DNA from: Trichomonas gallinae
Taxonomy: Eukaryota
Reading direction: 5' to 3'
Length of the DNA: 46,828 nucleotides
Assembly: GCA_008369845.1 (NCBI GenBank)
Contig: MRSU01011174.1
Location: 1 to 46,828 of the forward strand
Part shown: positions 7,421-16,246 of the stretch, in pieces
Layout of the letters: the number at the start of each line of letters is the position of its first letter
Position numbering within the stretch: the first letter of the stretch is position 1
Notes under the pieces: model-generated
Database searches by the model: none
What the model saw: only the letters and a program-made list of their open reading frames with translations
What the model was told of the DNA's origin: nothing
Program-made: the position numbers and the translations under genes

Positions 7421-10177
7421 ATGGCCAAACGTTACATTTATCTATTCGATGAAGTCGATCTCGTTGAGGAAAAGGCCGGCTCCTGGGACGGTGTTCGCAA
7501 CCTTCTCGGTGGAAAAGGCGCAAACCTCGCTGCCATCTCGAAAGACGGAATTCCAGTTCCAAAAGGCTTCACAATCACAACTGAAGCATGCAACGACTAT
7601 TACGCACAAGATCCACCAGCTTTCCCACCAGGAATGTGGGACGAAACGCTCGCAAATCTTCATAAACTCGAAGAACTCACAGGAAAGAAATTCGGCGATA
7701 CAAAATTACCATTACTCGTTTCCTGCCGTTCTGGTGCTCGCGTTTCGATGCCAGGTATGATGGATACAGTCCTCAACCTCGGCCTCAACGACGAGACAGT
7801 TCAGGCAATGATCACTCTCACAAACAACCCGAGGTTCGTTTGGGACTCCTTCCGCAGACTCCTCCAGGGCTACGGCGCGATCGTTCTCGGAATCCCAGAC
7901 GAGGAGTTCGAAGAAGCGCTCAAGAAGGGGCAGGAAGAGAAGGGGTACAAGAACGACTCAGAGTGGAAGGCTGAGGATTGGGAGAATTTGGCTGGAATTT
8001 ACAAAGAAATTATTAACAAACACACAGGCAAGCCGTTCCCACAGGACCCGTTCGAGCAGATCCGTGGTGCCGTTGCTGCCGTTTTCGGATCGTGGAACTC
8101 TCAGCGTGCTATAGATTATCGCAAGAAGTTCTCATTCCCAGACTCATGGGGCACAGCTTGCAACATCGTCACAATGGTCTTCGGTAACATGGGTGACACA
8201 TCAGCTACAGGCGTCGCATTCACTAGAAACCCATCAAACGGTGAATCCACAATTTGGGGTGACTTTTTGGTCAACGCTCAGGGTGAAGACGTCGTCGCTG
8301 GTGTCCGTACACCAGAACCAATCGCAAAACTCGAAGAAAAAATGCCTTCTGCCTATGCTCAGTTCATCGACATCACAAAGAAACTCGAAAATCGCTTCAA
8401 AGATATGCAGGATATCGAATTTACAATCGAAAATGAGAAGCTCTGGATTCTACAGACACGTAACGGCAAGAGAACAGCCGCTGCAACAGTTAAGATCGCA
8501 TGCGATCTCGTTGCCGAAGGAATGATCACGAAGGAGGAAGCTCTCAAGAGAGTCGAGCCAGGTGATGTTGACCAGCTCCTCCATCCTCACTTCACAGCTG
8601 ATGATCTCAAGGCCGCCCAGCCAAACAAGTTCGCTGACGGCGTCAAAGCTTCTCCAGGTGCCGCTGTCGGTCAGATCTACTTCACATCCGACAAGTGCCA
8701 GGAGGAGGCGAAGAAAGGCAACGACGTCATCATGGTCAGGCAGTTCACAAAGCCGGACGACTTCGGCGGGATGTGCGTCTCGAAGGGCCTCTTCACTGCA
8801 GAAGGTGGCGCCGCCTCACACGCAGCTGTCGTCGCCAGACAGATCGGCATCCCAGCCGTCGTCGGCTGCACGGGCATCGTCATCGACTTCAACGCGCTCA
8901 CTGTCTCCTTCAACGGCGTCACGCTCAAGGAGGGCGACTGGGCTTCAGTCGACGGCACAACCGGTCAGGTCTTCATCGGAAAGGTTCCACTCGTCAAGCC
9001 AAACCTCGAGGACCAGAAGGACCTAATGCAGATCCTCACATGGGCCGACGAGGTCAGATCAGAGCCAAACTCCAGGAAGCCAGCCAACGGCGGCCCATCA
9101 CGCGGCCTCAAGGTCTGCGCGAACGCGGACACACCAGAAGATGCAACGAGAGCCCGCTCATTCGGCGCCGAGGGCATCGGCCTCTGCCGTACTGAGCACA
9201 TGTTCCTTGGGGACAGGTCCGCAATTGTCCAGCGCATGATTCTTGCTGAGACAGACGCGGAGAGAGATGCAGCCCTGAAGGAACTCGAGAACCTCCAAGT
9301 CAGCGACTTCACCGCCATCTTCGAGGCTATGACAGACTTGCCAGTCATCATCCGTTTGATCGACCCGCCGCTCCACGAATTCCTTCCAGACCTCCTCGTC
9401 ATCACAGAGGAAGTCACAACACTTCGCACGAAGAAGGAGCTCGGCATCGCAATTGACGAGGAGGAGCTCGCAAAGAAGGAGAAAATCCTCGCGAAGTGCG
9501 AGCAGCTCCACGAGACTAATCCTATGGTTGGCTTCAGAGGTGTCAGGCTTTGCCTCGTCATCCCAGGCCTCCTCAAGATGCAGCTCCGCGCCATTGCAGA
9601 AGGCGCCTGCATCGCCCTCGAGAAAGGCGCCCATCCGCACCCAGAGATCATGATCCCTCTCACATGCCACCCGAACGAACTCGCGCGCATCAAGCCACAG
9701 TACGAGGAGATCACATCATCGATCTTCAAGGAACACAACGCCGACATCCATGCCATGTTCGGAACAATGATTGAAGTTCCAAGAGCAGCAGTCGTCGCAG
9801 ACAAGATGGCCGAGCACGCCGAGTTCTTCTCATTCGGCACAAACGACCTCACCCAGATGGGTCTCGGCTTCTCTCGCGATGACGCAGAGGGCGGCTTCCT
9901 CCAGCAGTATCGCGAGTGGGGCATCCTCGAGGCCTCCCCATTCCAGACTATCGATCAGGACGGCATCGGCCAGCTTATCGACATGGCCGTCTCGCGCGGA
10001 AGGTCCACGAGGAATGACCTCACTGTCGGAATCTGCGGCGAGCATGGCGGCGAGCCGAAGTCTATCGCTTTCTGCCACAAGGTCGGCCTTGACTATGTTT
10101 CTTGCAGCCCATATCGTATCCCGATCGCCCGCCTCGCCGCAGCGCAGGCGTGCCTGAAGGAGAAGGACGGTAAATAA
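7421..10177 (+). CDS. ppdK: Pyruvate, phosphate dikinase
   Basis: LLGGKGANLA, PLLVSCRSGARVSMPGMMDTVLNLG, NAQGEDVVAGVRTP, phospho-His loop SHAAVVAR, GAEGIGLCRTEHM, FFSFGTNDLTQ, GICGEHGG; strong codon bias. Confidence 0.98.
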   Translation: MAKRYIYLFDEVDLVEEKAGSWDGVRNLLGGKGANLAAISKDGIPVPKGFTITTEACNDYYAQDPPAFPPGMWDETLANLHKLEELTGKKFGDTKLPLLVSCRSGARVSMPGMMDTVLNLGLNDETVQAMITLTNNPRFVWDSFRRLLQGYGAIVLGIPDEEFEEALKKGQEEKGYKNDSEWKAEDWENLAGIYKEIINKHTGKPFPQDPFEQIRGAVAAVFGSWNSQRAIDYRKKFSFPDSWGTACNIVTMVFGNMGDTSATGVAFTRNPSNGESTIWGDFLVNAQGEDVVAGVRTPEPIAKLEEKMPSAYAQFIDITKKLENRFKDMQDIEFTIENEKLWILQTRNGKRTAAATVKIACDLVAEGMITKEEALKRVEPGDVDQLLHPHFTADDLKAAQPNKFADGVKASPGAAVGQIYFTSDKCQEEAKKGNDVIMVRQFTKPDDFGGMCVSKGLFTAEGGAASHAAVVARQIGIPAVVGCTGIVIDFNALTVSFNGVTLKEGDWASVDGTTGQVFIGKVPLVKPNLEDQKDLMQILTWADEVRSEPNSRKPANGGPSRGLKVCANADTPEDATRARSFGAEGIGLCRTEHMFLGDRSAIVQRMILAETDAERDAALKELENLQVSDFTAIFEAMTDLPVIIRLIDPPLHEFLPDLLVITEEVTTLRTKKELGIAIDEEELAKKEKILAKCEQLHETNPMVGFRGVRLCLVIPGLLKMQLRAIAEGACIALEKGAHPHPEIMIPLTCHPNELARIKPQYEEITSSIFKEHNADIHAMFGTMIEVPRAAVVADKMAEHAEFFSFGTNDLTQMGLGFSRDDAEGGFLQQYREWGILEASPFQTIDQDGIGQLIDMAVSRGRSTRNDLTVGICGEHGGEPKSIAFCHKVGLDYVSCSPYRIPIARLAAAQACLKEKDGK

Positions 10178-10203
10178 TTTTTTTTGCTTTTTATATTTGT
10201 AAA

Positions 10204-12585
10204 ATGAGTTTGTTCGATTCTTTGCCTTGGGCGACCGACGACGACAAGAAAGTATTCGTCAGGGGCAAAGGGTTGACGCTGCTCCCCAAGGTTTTCTATC
10301 CCACGCATCCTTTGAAGTCGATAAACTTCGTCGGTAATCAGATTAAGTACCTGCCACACGATTTGAGGGAACTCACGCTTCTGAACTTGTCTGACAACAA
10401 GCTTGGTAAGTTTGATCCCTCACTTATTGCCGCAATCAACACCTATCCAAAACTCGAACAATTATCTCTCACAGACAACGAATTAGAAGAGTTTCCTGAC
10501 AGTTTCTCTGTCTTACCATTACATATTTTGAACCTTTCTGACAATAAAATTCAAAAATGGAATATTAGCTACAAAAAACTCCAAATTTTCGGAATATCTA
10601 ACAATTTACTCACGGAATTCAACGCAATTATGCCTAATTTACAGACATTGAATCTATTTTTCAATAAATTAAGTACGTTTAATCTCGTTTCATCTAAATT
10701 GAACACACTAAACTTAACTGGCAATGATTTAGAAGAGCTGCCTGATTTAGAGTTCCCAACAATCAAAGTCCTAATCATTGCTATGAATAAAATACGAGAT
10801 ATTTCAAATTTGCCAAAATTCGCACCAAATGTTGAGCTTTTGAACATAGCATCTAACCAGATACAAGAATTACCAGAACTTCCAAAGACCCTCTCTACAT
10901 TAATTGCAAATGACAATAAAATCAAAAAAATCCCAGATTCTCTTTATATTGTTGACGCTCCTGTTGAAATTTCTCTCCAATTCAACGAAATAGAAGAGGT
11001 TAAGACATTTAACAAGACTTGCGGCTTTTTATACCTAAATAACAACAAAATATCAAATGTTGCAAAATTCAACGTTTCAAACTCAACACTGACCCACAAC
11101 AGCCTTACAGAAATCCCTGATCTATCAGATGCCTCACTTTTAACGCTAGAACTGGCTTTCAATAAAATTTCTTCAATTAATCTCTCAAATCTGCCAAAGA
11201 CACTCATCAAACTCTCACTTCAGTCGAATAACCTCACGGAGGTTCCGCCAGAGCTCTTCACGATCGGTCTGACAACACTCGACATAAGCGAAAACCATCT
11301 GACATGGTTGCCAGATACTTTTTCAAGCTCCCACCTCTCAACATTCAACGTTTCCCGCAACGAGATCTCGGAGATCCCTCCTCTGCCACCAATTATCACC
11401 ACTCTCAAGGCGTGCGAGAACAGGATCACGAAGCTTCCTGAGCTCAATGCGATCTCGACTCTTGACATCAGCGGCAACTTGATAGAGGAAATTCCTTTCT
11501 CAGAGAATTTGATGGACGTCAACGCGTCTCGTAACAAGATCAAAACCTTCCCGAAGCTTCCATTCACGCACAGCTTGGACCTGTCATTCAACGAAATCGA
11601 GGAAGCTGTCAACGTCAATTCTTCGTTCGTCGACTTGTCGTACAACAAGCTGAAGTTGTTTTCTCTGGACAAGAACTGGGTAATTTCGCTCAAACTTTCC
11701 CACAACCCTGATCTTGAAGTCGACTTAAATCTCAGCGAGCTCAAGAGGCTTGACACGATCGACGTTGCAAATACTAAGAGCGCCAAAATTGTCTACGACA
11801 AGTTCATGAAGCACTGCCTGAGGGAAGTCGTCTATTCGCACGGTGCGATCGACTATTCAGAACATCTGTTTAAAGAGATAAACGACTCAGAGAAATGCGG
11901 CTACTCTGAGATGCAGGGTCTCAGAGGCACAATGGAAGACTCCATAATCTGCGACGCTTCAAATGGAATTTTCGCTGTTTTCGACGGCCACGGCGGCAGC
12001 TACGCGTCGTCTATCAGTTCCAACATGATCCACTCGCACCTAAAGTCGAACCTAAGCGAAGACTTCAGGGACACAATGAAGGGGGCTGTTTCGAATGTCG
12101 TCAGCGAGTTGAGACAGAAAAGATCTGTGGACGGCTCGACAATGTGCTTAGTCAGGATCGAAAAAGAGAAAATCACTTGCGCGAACATCGGAGACTCCCG
12201 CAGCATCGTTATACTGCACAACAACACTGTAAGGCAGCTCTCCAATGACCACAAGCCAGGAAACCGCACTGAGGTCGTACGGCTGAGAGAGAAAGGCTCT
12301 CACGTGCTGAAGGGCCGTGTTTTGGGCAGACTGGCAGTTGCACGAGCAATTGGCGACTTCACAGTTAAAGGCGTAGACGCAGAGATAGAGTTCACAGATA
12401 TTCCAACTGAGTCCGTGAAGAGGATAATCATCGGATGCGATGGCCTCTTCGACGTTGTTTCCAACGAAGACTGCTTGAAGATATCAGACGGAAAAGCTCC
12501 GTCGATCGCTGCGGCAACACTCAGAGATGTGGCATTCAGCAGAGGATCCACAGACAACATATCAGTCATTGTAATAGATACATAA
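10204..12585 (+). CDS. Leucine-rich repeat protein with C-terminal PP2C (PPM) phosphatase domain
   Basis: Many LxxLxLxxNxL repeats, then GLRGTMED, AVFDGHGG, ANIGDSR, DHKP, LAVARAIGD, IGCDGLFDV, GSTDNISV. Confidence 0.93.
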   Translation: MSLFDSLPWATDDDKKVFVRGKGLTLLPKVFYPTHPLKSINFVGNQIKYLPHDLRELTLLNLSDNKLGKFDPSLIAAINTYPKLEQLSLTDNELEEFPDSFSVLPLHILNLSDNKIQKWNISYKKLQIFGISNNLLTEFNAIMPNLQTLNLFFNKLSTFNLVSSKLNTLNLTGNDLEELPDLEFPTIKVLIIAMNKIRDISNLPKFAPNVELLNIASNQIQELPELPKTLSTLIANDNKIKKIPDSLYIVDAPVEISLQFNEIEEVKTFNKTCGFLYLNNNKISNVAKFNVSNSTLTHNSLTEIPDLSDASLLTLELAFNKISSINLSNLPKTLIKLSLQSNNLTEVPPELFTIGLTTLDISENHLTWLPDTFSSSHLSTFNVSRNEISEIPPLPPIITTLKACENRITKLPELNAISTLDISGNLIEEIPFSENLMDVNASRNKIKTFPKLPFTHSLDLSFNEIEEAVNVNSSFVDLSYNKLKLFSLDKNWVISLKLSHNPDLEVDLNLSELKRLDTIDVANTKSAKIVYDKFMKHCLREVVYSHGAIDYSEHLFKEINDSEKCGYSEMQGLRGTMEDSIICDASNGIFAVFDGHGGSYASSISSNMIHSHLKSNLSEDFRDTMKGAVSNVVSELRQKRSVDGSTMCLVRIEKEKITCANIGDSRSIVILHNNTVRQLSNDHKPGNRTEVVRLREKGSHVLKGRVLGRLAVARAIGDFTVKGVDAEIEFTDIPTESVKRIIIGCDGLFDVVSNEDCLKISDGKAPSIAAATLRDVAFSRGSTDNISVIVIDT

Positions 12586-12628
12586 AATGTTTGTTATAAA
12601 AAAAATAAACAGTTTTTTACAGAAAAAA

Positions 12629-14257
12629 TCATGCGCGTGGAACAAAACCATTTGCTTTGCAGAACTTGTGGACTTGTGCAGGGACTTCCTCGAGAACAGC
12701 AGAGGCGAGAGCAGGTCCGGCGTTGAACTGCCTGAATGGGACGAACTGGACAATGTCTCTGGACTGAATCTTGCCGTAGGATGATCTAAGCGGGTGGTCA
12801 TCTGCATCAAGCTCGTCCATGGCGTCGAAGTTTGCATTGCCGACGCCGACGATGATGATGGAGAGTGGCGCATCTGATGCAGCGACGACAGCGTCAATAG
12901 TCTCGCGCATATCGTTGATGATGCCATCTGTGATAATGAGCAAGATAGTATAAGTCCTGTTCTCCGCCCAAGAAGCCTGGGCAACCTGTGTCGCGTTCTT
13001 GATGATGTGCTGGAAGAATGTTGGGCCGCTGAGGCCGACGTAGTTGAGAGAGTTCCTGTAGCAGCCGACGAGGTCCTGGAGGCTGCCAACGTTGGGGTTC
13101 TGCGGGTTGAATGTCAGCGGGAAGCAGTGCGATGTCTGTCCGTTGATTGAGCCACCAAATCCGAAGACTGGGAACTGCTGATCTGTATCGTAAGGGCAAA
13201 CAACTCCACCAACAGCCCAAATGCAGCTCTCGTACTGGTTTGGCATGCTTGGGTTGAGGTAGTGAAGTGAGTTTGGCTGTCTTGGGTCTCCATTGGAGCC
13301 AGTGAAATCAATTGCAGTGATCATGTTGAGTTGGAGGCCACTACGGAGGTAATCAAGGAATGTTGGGTTAGAAGTAATCTGGAGGCTGTTGATTTTGACG
13401 TAACCGACTGTTTTCTTCTTTTTATCTTTAAGCTCGTATTCTGCACCTTGATTTTCCATCATTGATTTCATCGACGCCGTGTATGATCCGATCTCCTCAT
13501 CGACTTTGCCGGATCTGAAATTGAAAAAGGTGATCGTGATCGGGACATCTGTATTTCCATTGCACAAAGCTTGTATTGGGACAGAAGCTGTCTTGAATTT
13601 GCATGTCGATGCCTTCGCGACGACTTCTGACTTGTAAGAAGGCAGCTTGCTTCCGGACTCACTGACTTTCGATAGCACAAAGTACGGGTGGTTCTTCGAA
13701 AACGTGTGCATCTTCTTCAAATTTCTCACTGAGATGTTGTATTCGGCGACTGATGAGCACTGAGCAGCCTGCTCGCTAATGATGACTAATTGGCCGTTGT
13801 TGCTTCTCGTTTGGTGCTTGATGTTGAACACGATCTCAGTGTTGTAGTTTGACACAATATGCTGGACTGTTGTGTCGACGTAGCCAATAAAATCATGCTT
13901 CGAAAGATCTGCTTTCTCTGAGTCAACATCGTAGATGCAGAAGCGAAGAGGCTGGTTTGTCTCGAAGACATAATACGCCTTTAGTATCTTAACCCATTGA
14001 GGATTTGGATTATCCCAAATAACTTCTGTTCTAGCGACTTCTATGAACTTTCCGTTTTGCTCAATGAACATAACACACATTGGGTCGCTAGGGGAGCCAA
14101 CATCAAGCTTCGGAAGAGCTCTTGCGGAAATGTGCATATCAACAATCGGGATTTGAGGGGCCACATCAGGCGTCGTGTTGCCCACTGATGTCTTTGAGTC
14201 ATTAAGCTGGGTCCTAATGTGGGACTGTTTGATGTTCGAGTATGCGATATTCGTCAT
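12629..14257 (-). CDS. Copine (two C2 domains + vWA domain)
   Basis: SDPMC...RTEVIWDNPNPQW, FETNQPLRFCIYDVD, TFLDYL, AIDFTGSNGDP, LLIITDGII, PLSIIIVGVG, RDIVQFVPF. Start at ATG 14257 (MTNIAYS). Confidence 0.95.
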   Translation of the reverse strand: MTNIAYSNIKQSHIRTQLNDSKTSVGNTTPDVAPQIPIVDMHISARALPKLDVGSPSDPMCVMFIEQNGKFIEVARTEVIWDNPNPQWVKILKAYYVFETNQPLRFCIYDVDSEKADLSKHDFIGYVDTTVQHIVSNYNTEIVFNIKHQTRSNNGQLVIISEQAAQCSSVAEYNISVRNLKKMHTFSKNHPYFVLSKVSESGSKLPSYKSEVVAKASTCKFKTASVPIQALCNGNTDVPITITFFNFRSGKVDEEIGSYTASMKSMMENQGAEYELKDKKKKTVGYVKINSLQITSNPTFLDYLRSGLQLNMITAIDFTGSNGDPRQPNSLHYLNPSMPNQYESCIWAVGGVVCPYDTDQQFPVFGFGGSINGQTSHCFPLTFNPQNPNVGSLQDLVGCYRNSLNYVGLSGPTFFQHIIKNATQVAQASWAENRTYTILLIITDGIINDMRETIDAVVAASDAPLSIIIVGVGNANFDAMDELDADDHPLRSSYGKIQSRDIVQFVPFRQFNAGPALASAVLEEVPAQVHKFCKANGFVPRA

Positions 14258-14520
14258 TACTTTTTTTTTTTGAATTTTTTTCTGAATAAAAATTTTGTCA
14301 CTTTTTAAAATTTCCTTAATTATTTCTGAATTATTCCTTGTTCCAAGCAAAATTCTCTCCAACGGCTATTCACAATTAACCCCCACTTCTCAATTTTTGA
14401 TAACTTTACAGATCCAAAAATTTATCCAAAAAGCCTATAAAAACATTATTAAATCCAACTACCATAAATGTTTCTTTTTCTGTCACGTAAAATATTTTAT
14501 CACGCCTATAAATCTAAACC

Positions 14521-14580
14521 TATTGTTACGCTTTCGCCGCGAAGACCCCCCACAGGATATAGGAGGCCCAGCTAGAGCAT
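14521..14580 (-). ncRNA. Candidate structured small RNA (H/ACA-like hairpin)
   Basis: GC-rich island in an AT-rich spacer. The minus strand folds AUGCU/AGCGU, GCUG/CGGC and GGCCUCCUAU/GUGGGGGGUC, followed by ACAAUA (ANANNA, or ACA+3 nt). Confidence 0.4.
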
Positions 14581-14756
14581 TTCCTTTAAAGCTTTTCGAA
14601 AATTAAGCATTATTTTATCCTCTTTTCCTTATGTTAATTTTTCTGACAAGTAAAATCTCGTTAGAACTATTTACGATCATGTAACTGAATTTTAAAATCC
14701 TGTCATGTAAACAAAAATATGACATGTAAATTAATAATAACAAACAAATAATTTAT

Positions 14757-16178
14757 CTATATACCCGCAATAATCTTCCAGAACATTTCTCTCTCTTTCT
14801 CCCTCTTCGCTTCTCTCTCCTGCTGATGCTGCGCCGCTCTCACGGCTCCTCTGTCGAAATCCTGCAGAATCTTCGCTGCTGCGCCCGCTAGATCTCTTAC
14901 GCCGTCGTTCCAGTGCGTTTTCGCTCTGTTGACTGCCAGAATCAGGGCTCTAGCAGGTGTTTGTGGCGCAAAGAGTGACAAAAACTGCCTGTTGACTAGA
15001 GCAAGGGCTGAAATGTTAAGCTTGAAGTTTGGCGAGCTGATTCCCTCGGAAATCAGAGAAAGGAAAGGAGAGGAGACAGCGTTTCTTTCGTTCTGCGGAA
15101 GTCTGACGAAAAGTCGCTCTAATAGTGGCAGAAACAAGCACATCTTGTTTGTGTCTGTCTGAGGGAAGTGCGCAATGAAGTACTGAGCGAAGAAAAGCGG
15201 CAGAGATGGGTCTTCATCGCAGAGGAATAAAATTAATTTGTCGCAATCGTCGAAGAAGTCTGCTGAGTAGTGCTGCGATAACAATGGCGCGATGAGAGAA
15301 CAGGCAACAGTGGCGTAGTCGCTGTGATGAGCTGAATTAAAAATCAGATAATAATGAGTGAGTCTAATGCACGGAGCAACGGCAATGAAGCTGATTTCTC
15401 CATCTATGAACGCATTCAACATAGAAGCGGCAATTTTGAATATGTAAATTTGATACTTTTGAAATTTGTCGAATATTTCTGTAATGCAGTCTTCTGCAGC
15501 GAGGGATTCGTTAGAGTCGGGTGACTGGAGAATATTCATGAGATTTCTGATAAAGTCTTGCGTTATAAACGGGCTCAAATCTGGTATCGAGAATTTTATA
15601 ATGATAAAAGCCAGTGCTTTGTACATTATTGACAGAGCCGGCCAAAACTGCCTGGAGACGGCTACTTTCGTTTCGGAATAAAGCAAGAAAGGGGAAAATT
15701 TCGGTAACGGCTGAAATATGTGTATTGTTATCATTCTGACGAGCGGCTCAAGGAACTGGTGAAGCATTGAGTAGTTAGGCTCCATTTTTGTTAAAATATG
15801 CATGATTTGTTGTAAAGTTTCAACTTTCTTGTCGAAGTCGACTAATGGTGAAACAACCGGGTTTTCTATGATGTAATTGATTTTTTCGTTGAGCAGCATA
15901 GCGTAATTAGTGTTTTGTCGTGGAGATCTTGGAGACTGCGGCGGTGATGGCATTTGCACAGGTCTCTTGGCTGTGGGACGTGGAGAAGCAATTGGCAAAT
16001 CTTTAACGAGCATATTTATCTTATAAGAAGGCCTTGGCGAAGGAATCTGATTTTTCTTCGATTTTCTCGAGCTAATTTTCCGATTTGCCGCAGGCTGAGG
16101 CTCATGTATGTTAATGGGAGGGAGCCTGGGTGGATGCTTCACAGATAGCGAAATGATTTTCGGTCCAATGATATTCAT
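14757..16178 (-). CDS. Divergent PP2A regulatory B' (B56) family protein
   Basis: Pro/Ser-rich N-terminus, then B56-like segments RMITIHIFQPLP, WPALSIMYK, FITQDFIRNLMNILQSPDSNE, FPQTDTNKMCLFL, ISSPNFKL, THWNDGVR, REKEREMFW. Confidence 0.8.
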   Translation of the reverse strand: MNIIGPKIISLSVKHPPRLPPINIHEPQPAANRKISSRKSKKNQIPSPRPSYKINMLVKDLPIASPRPTAKRPVQMPSPPQSPRSPRQNTNYAMLLNEKINYIIENPVVSPLVDFDKKVETLQQIMHILTKMEPNYSMLHQFLEPLVRMITIHIFQPLPKFSPFLLYSETKVAVSRQFWPALSIMYKALAFIIIKFSIPDLSPFITQDFIRNLMNILQSPDSNESLAAEDCITEIFDKFQKYQIYIFKIAASMLNAFIDGEISFIAVAPCIRLTHYYLIFNSAHHSDYATVACSLIAPLLSQHYSADFFDDCDKLILFLCDEDPSLPLFFAQYFIAHFPQTDTNKMCLFLPLLERLFVRLPQNERNAVSSPFLSLISEGISSPNFKLNISALALVNRQFLSLFAPQTPARALILAVNRAKTHWNDGVRDLAGAAAKILQDFDRGAVRAAQHQQEREAKREKEREMFWKIIAGI

Positions 16179-16246
16179 ACTCGCCTCCTGTCACTTTTCA
16201 AAATCAAAATTTTACATAAAAAACAAAAAAAAAAAAACAAGGAAAA

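Noticed and set aside
8562..10157. Long alternative-frame and antisense ORFs within PPDK (e.g. 319 aa at 8965-9924, minus)
   Set aside because: Shadow ORFs caused by strong codon bias; Ser/Arg-rich with no recognisable motifs.
14528..14580. HDV-like ribozyme, tRNA or riboswitch interpretation of the GC-rich island
   Set aside because: No nested pseudoknot, cloverleaf or aptamer consensus could be built; a simple long hairpin fits better.
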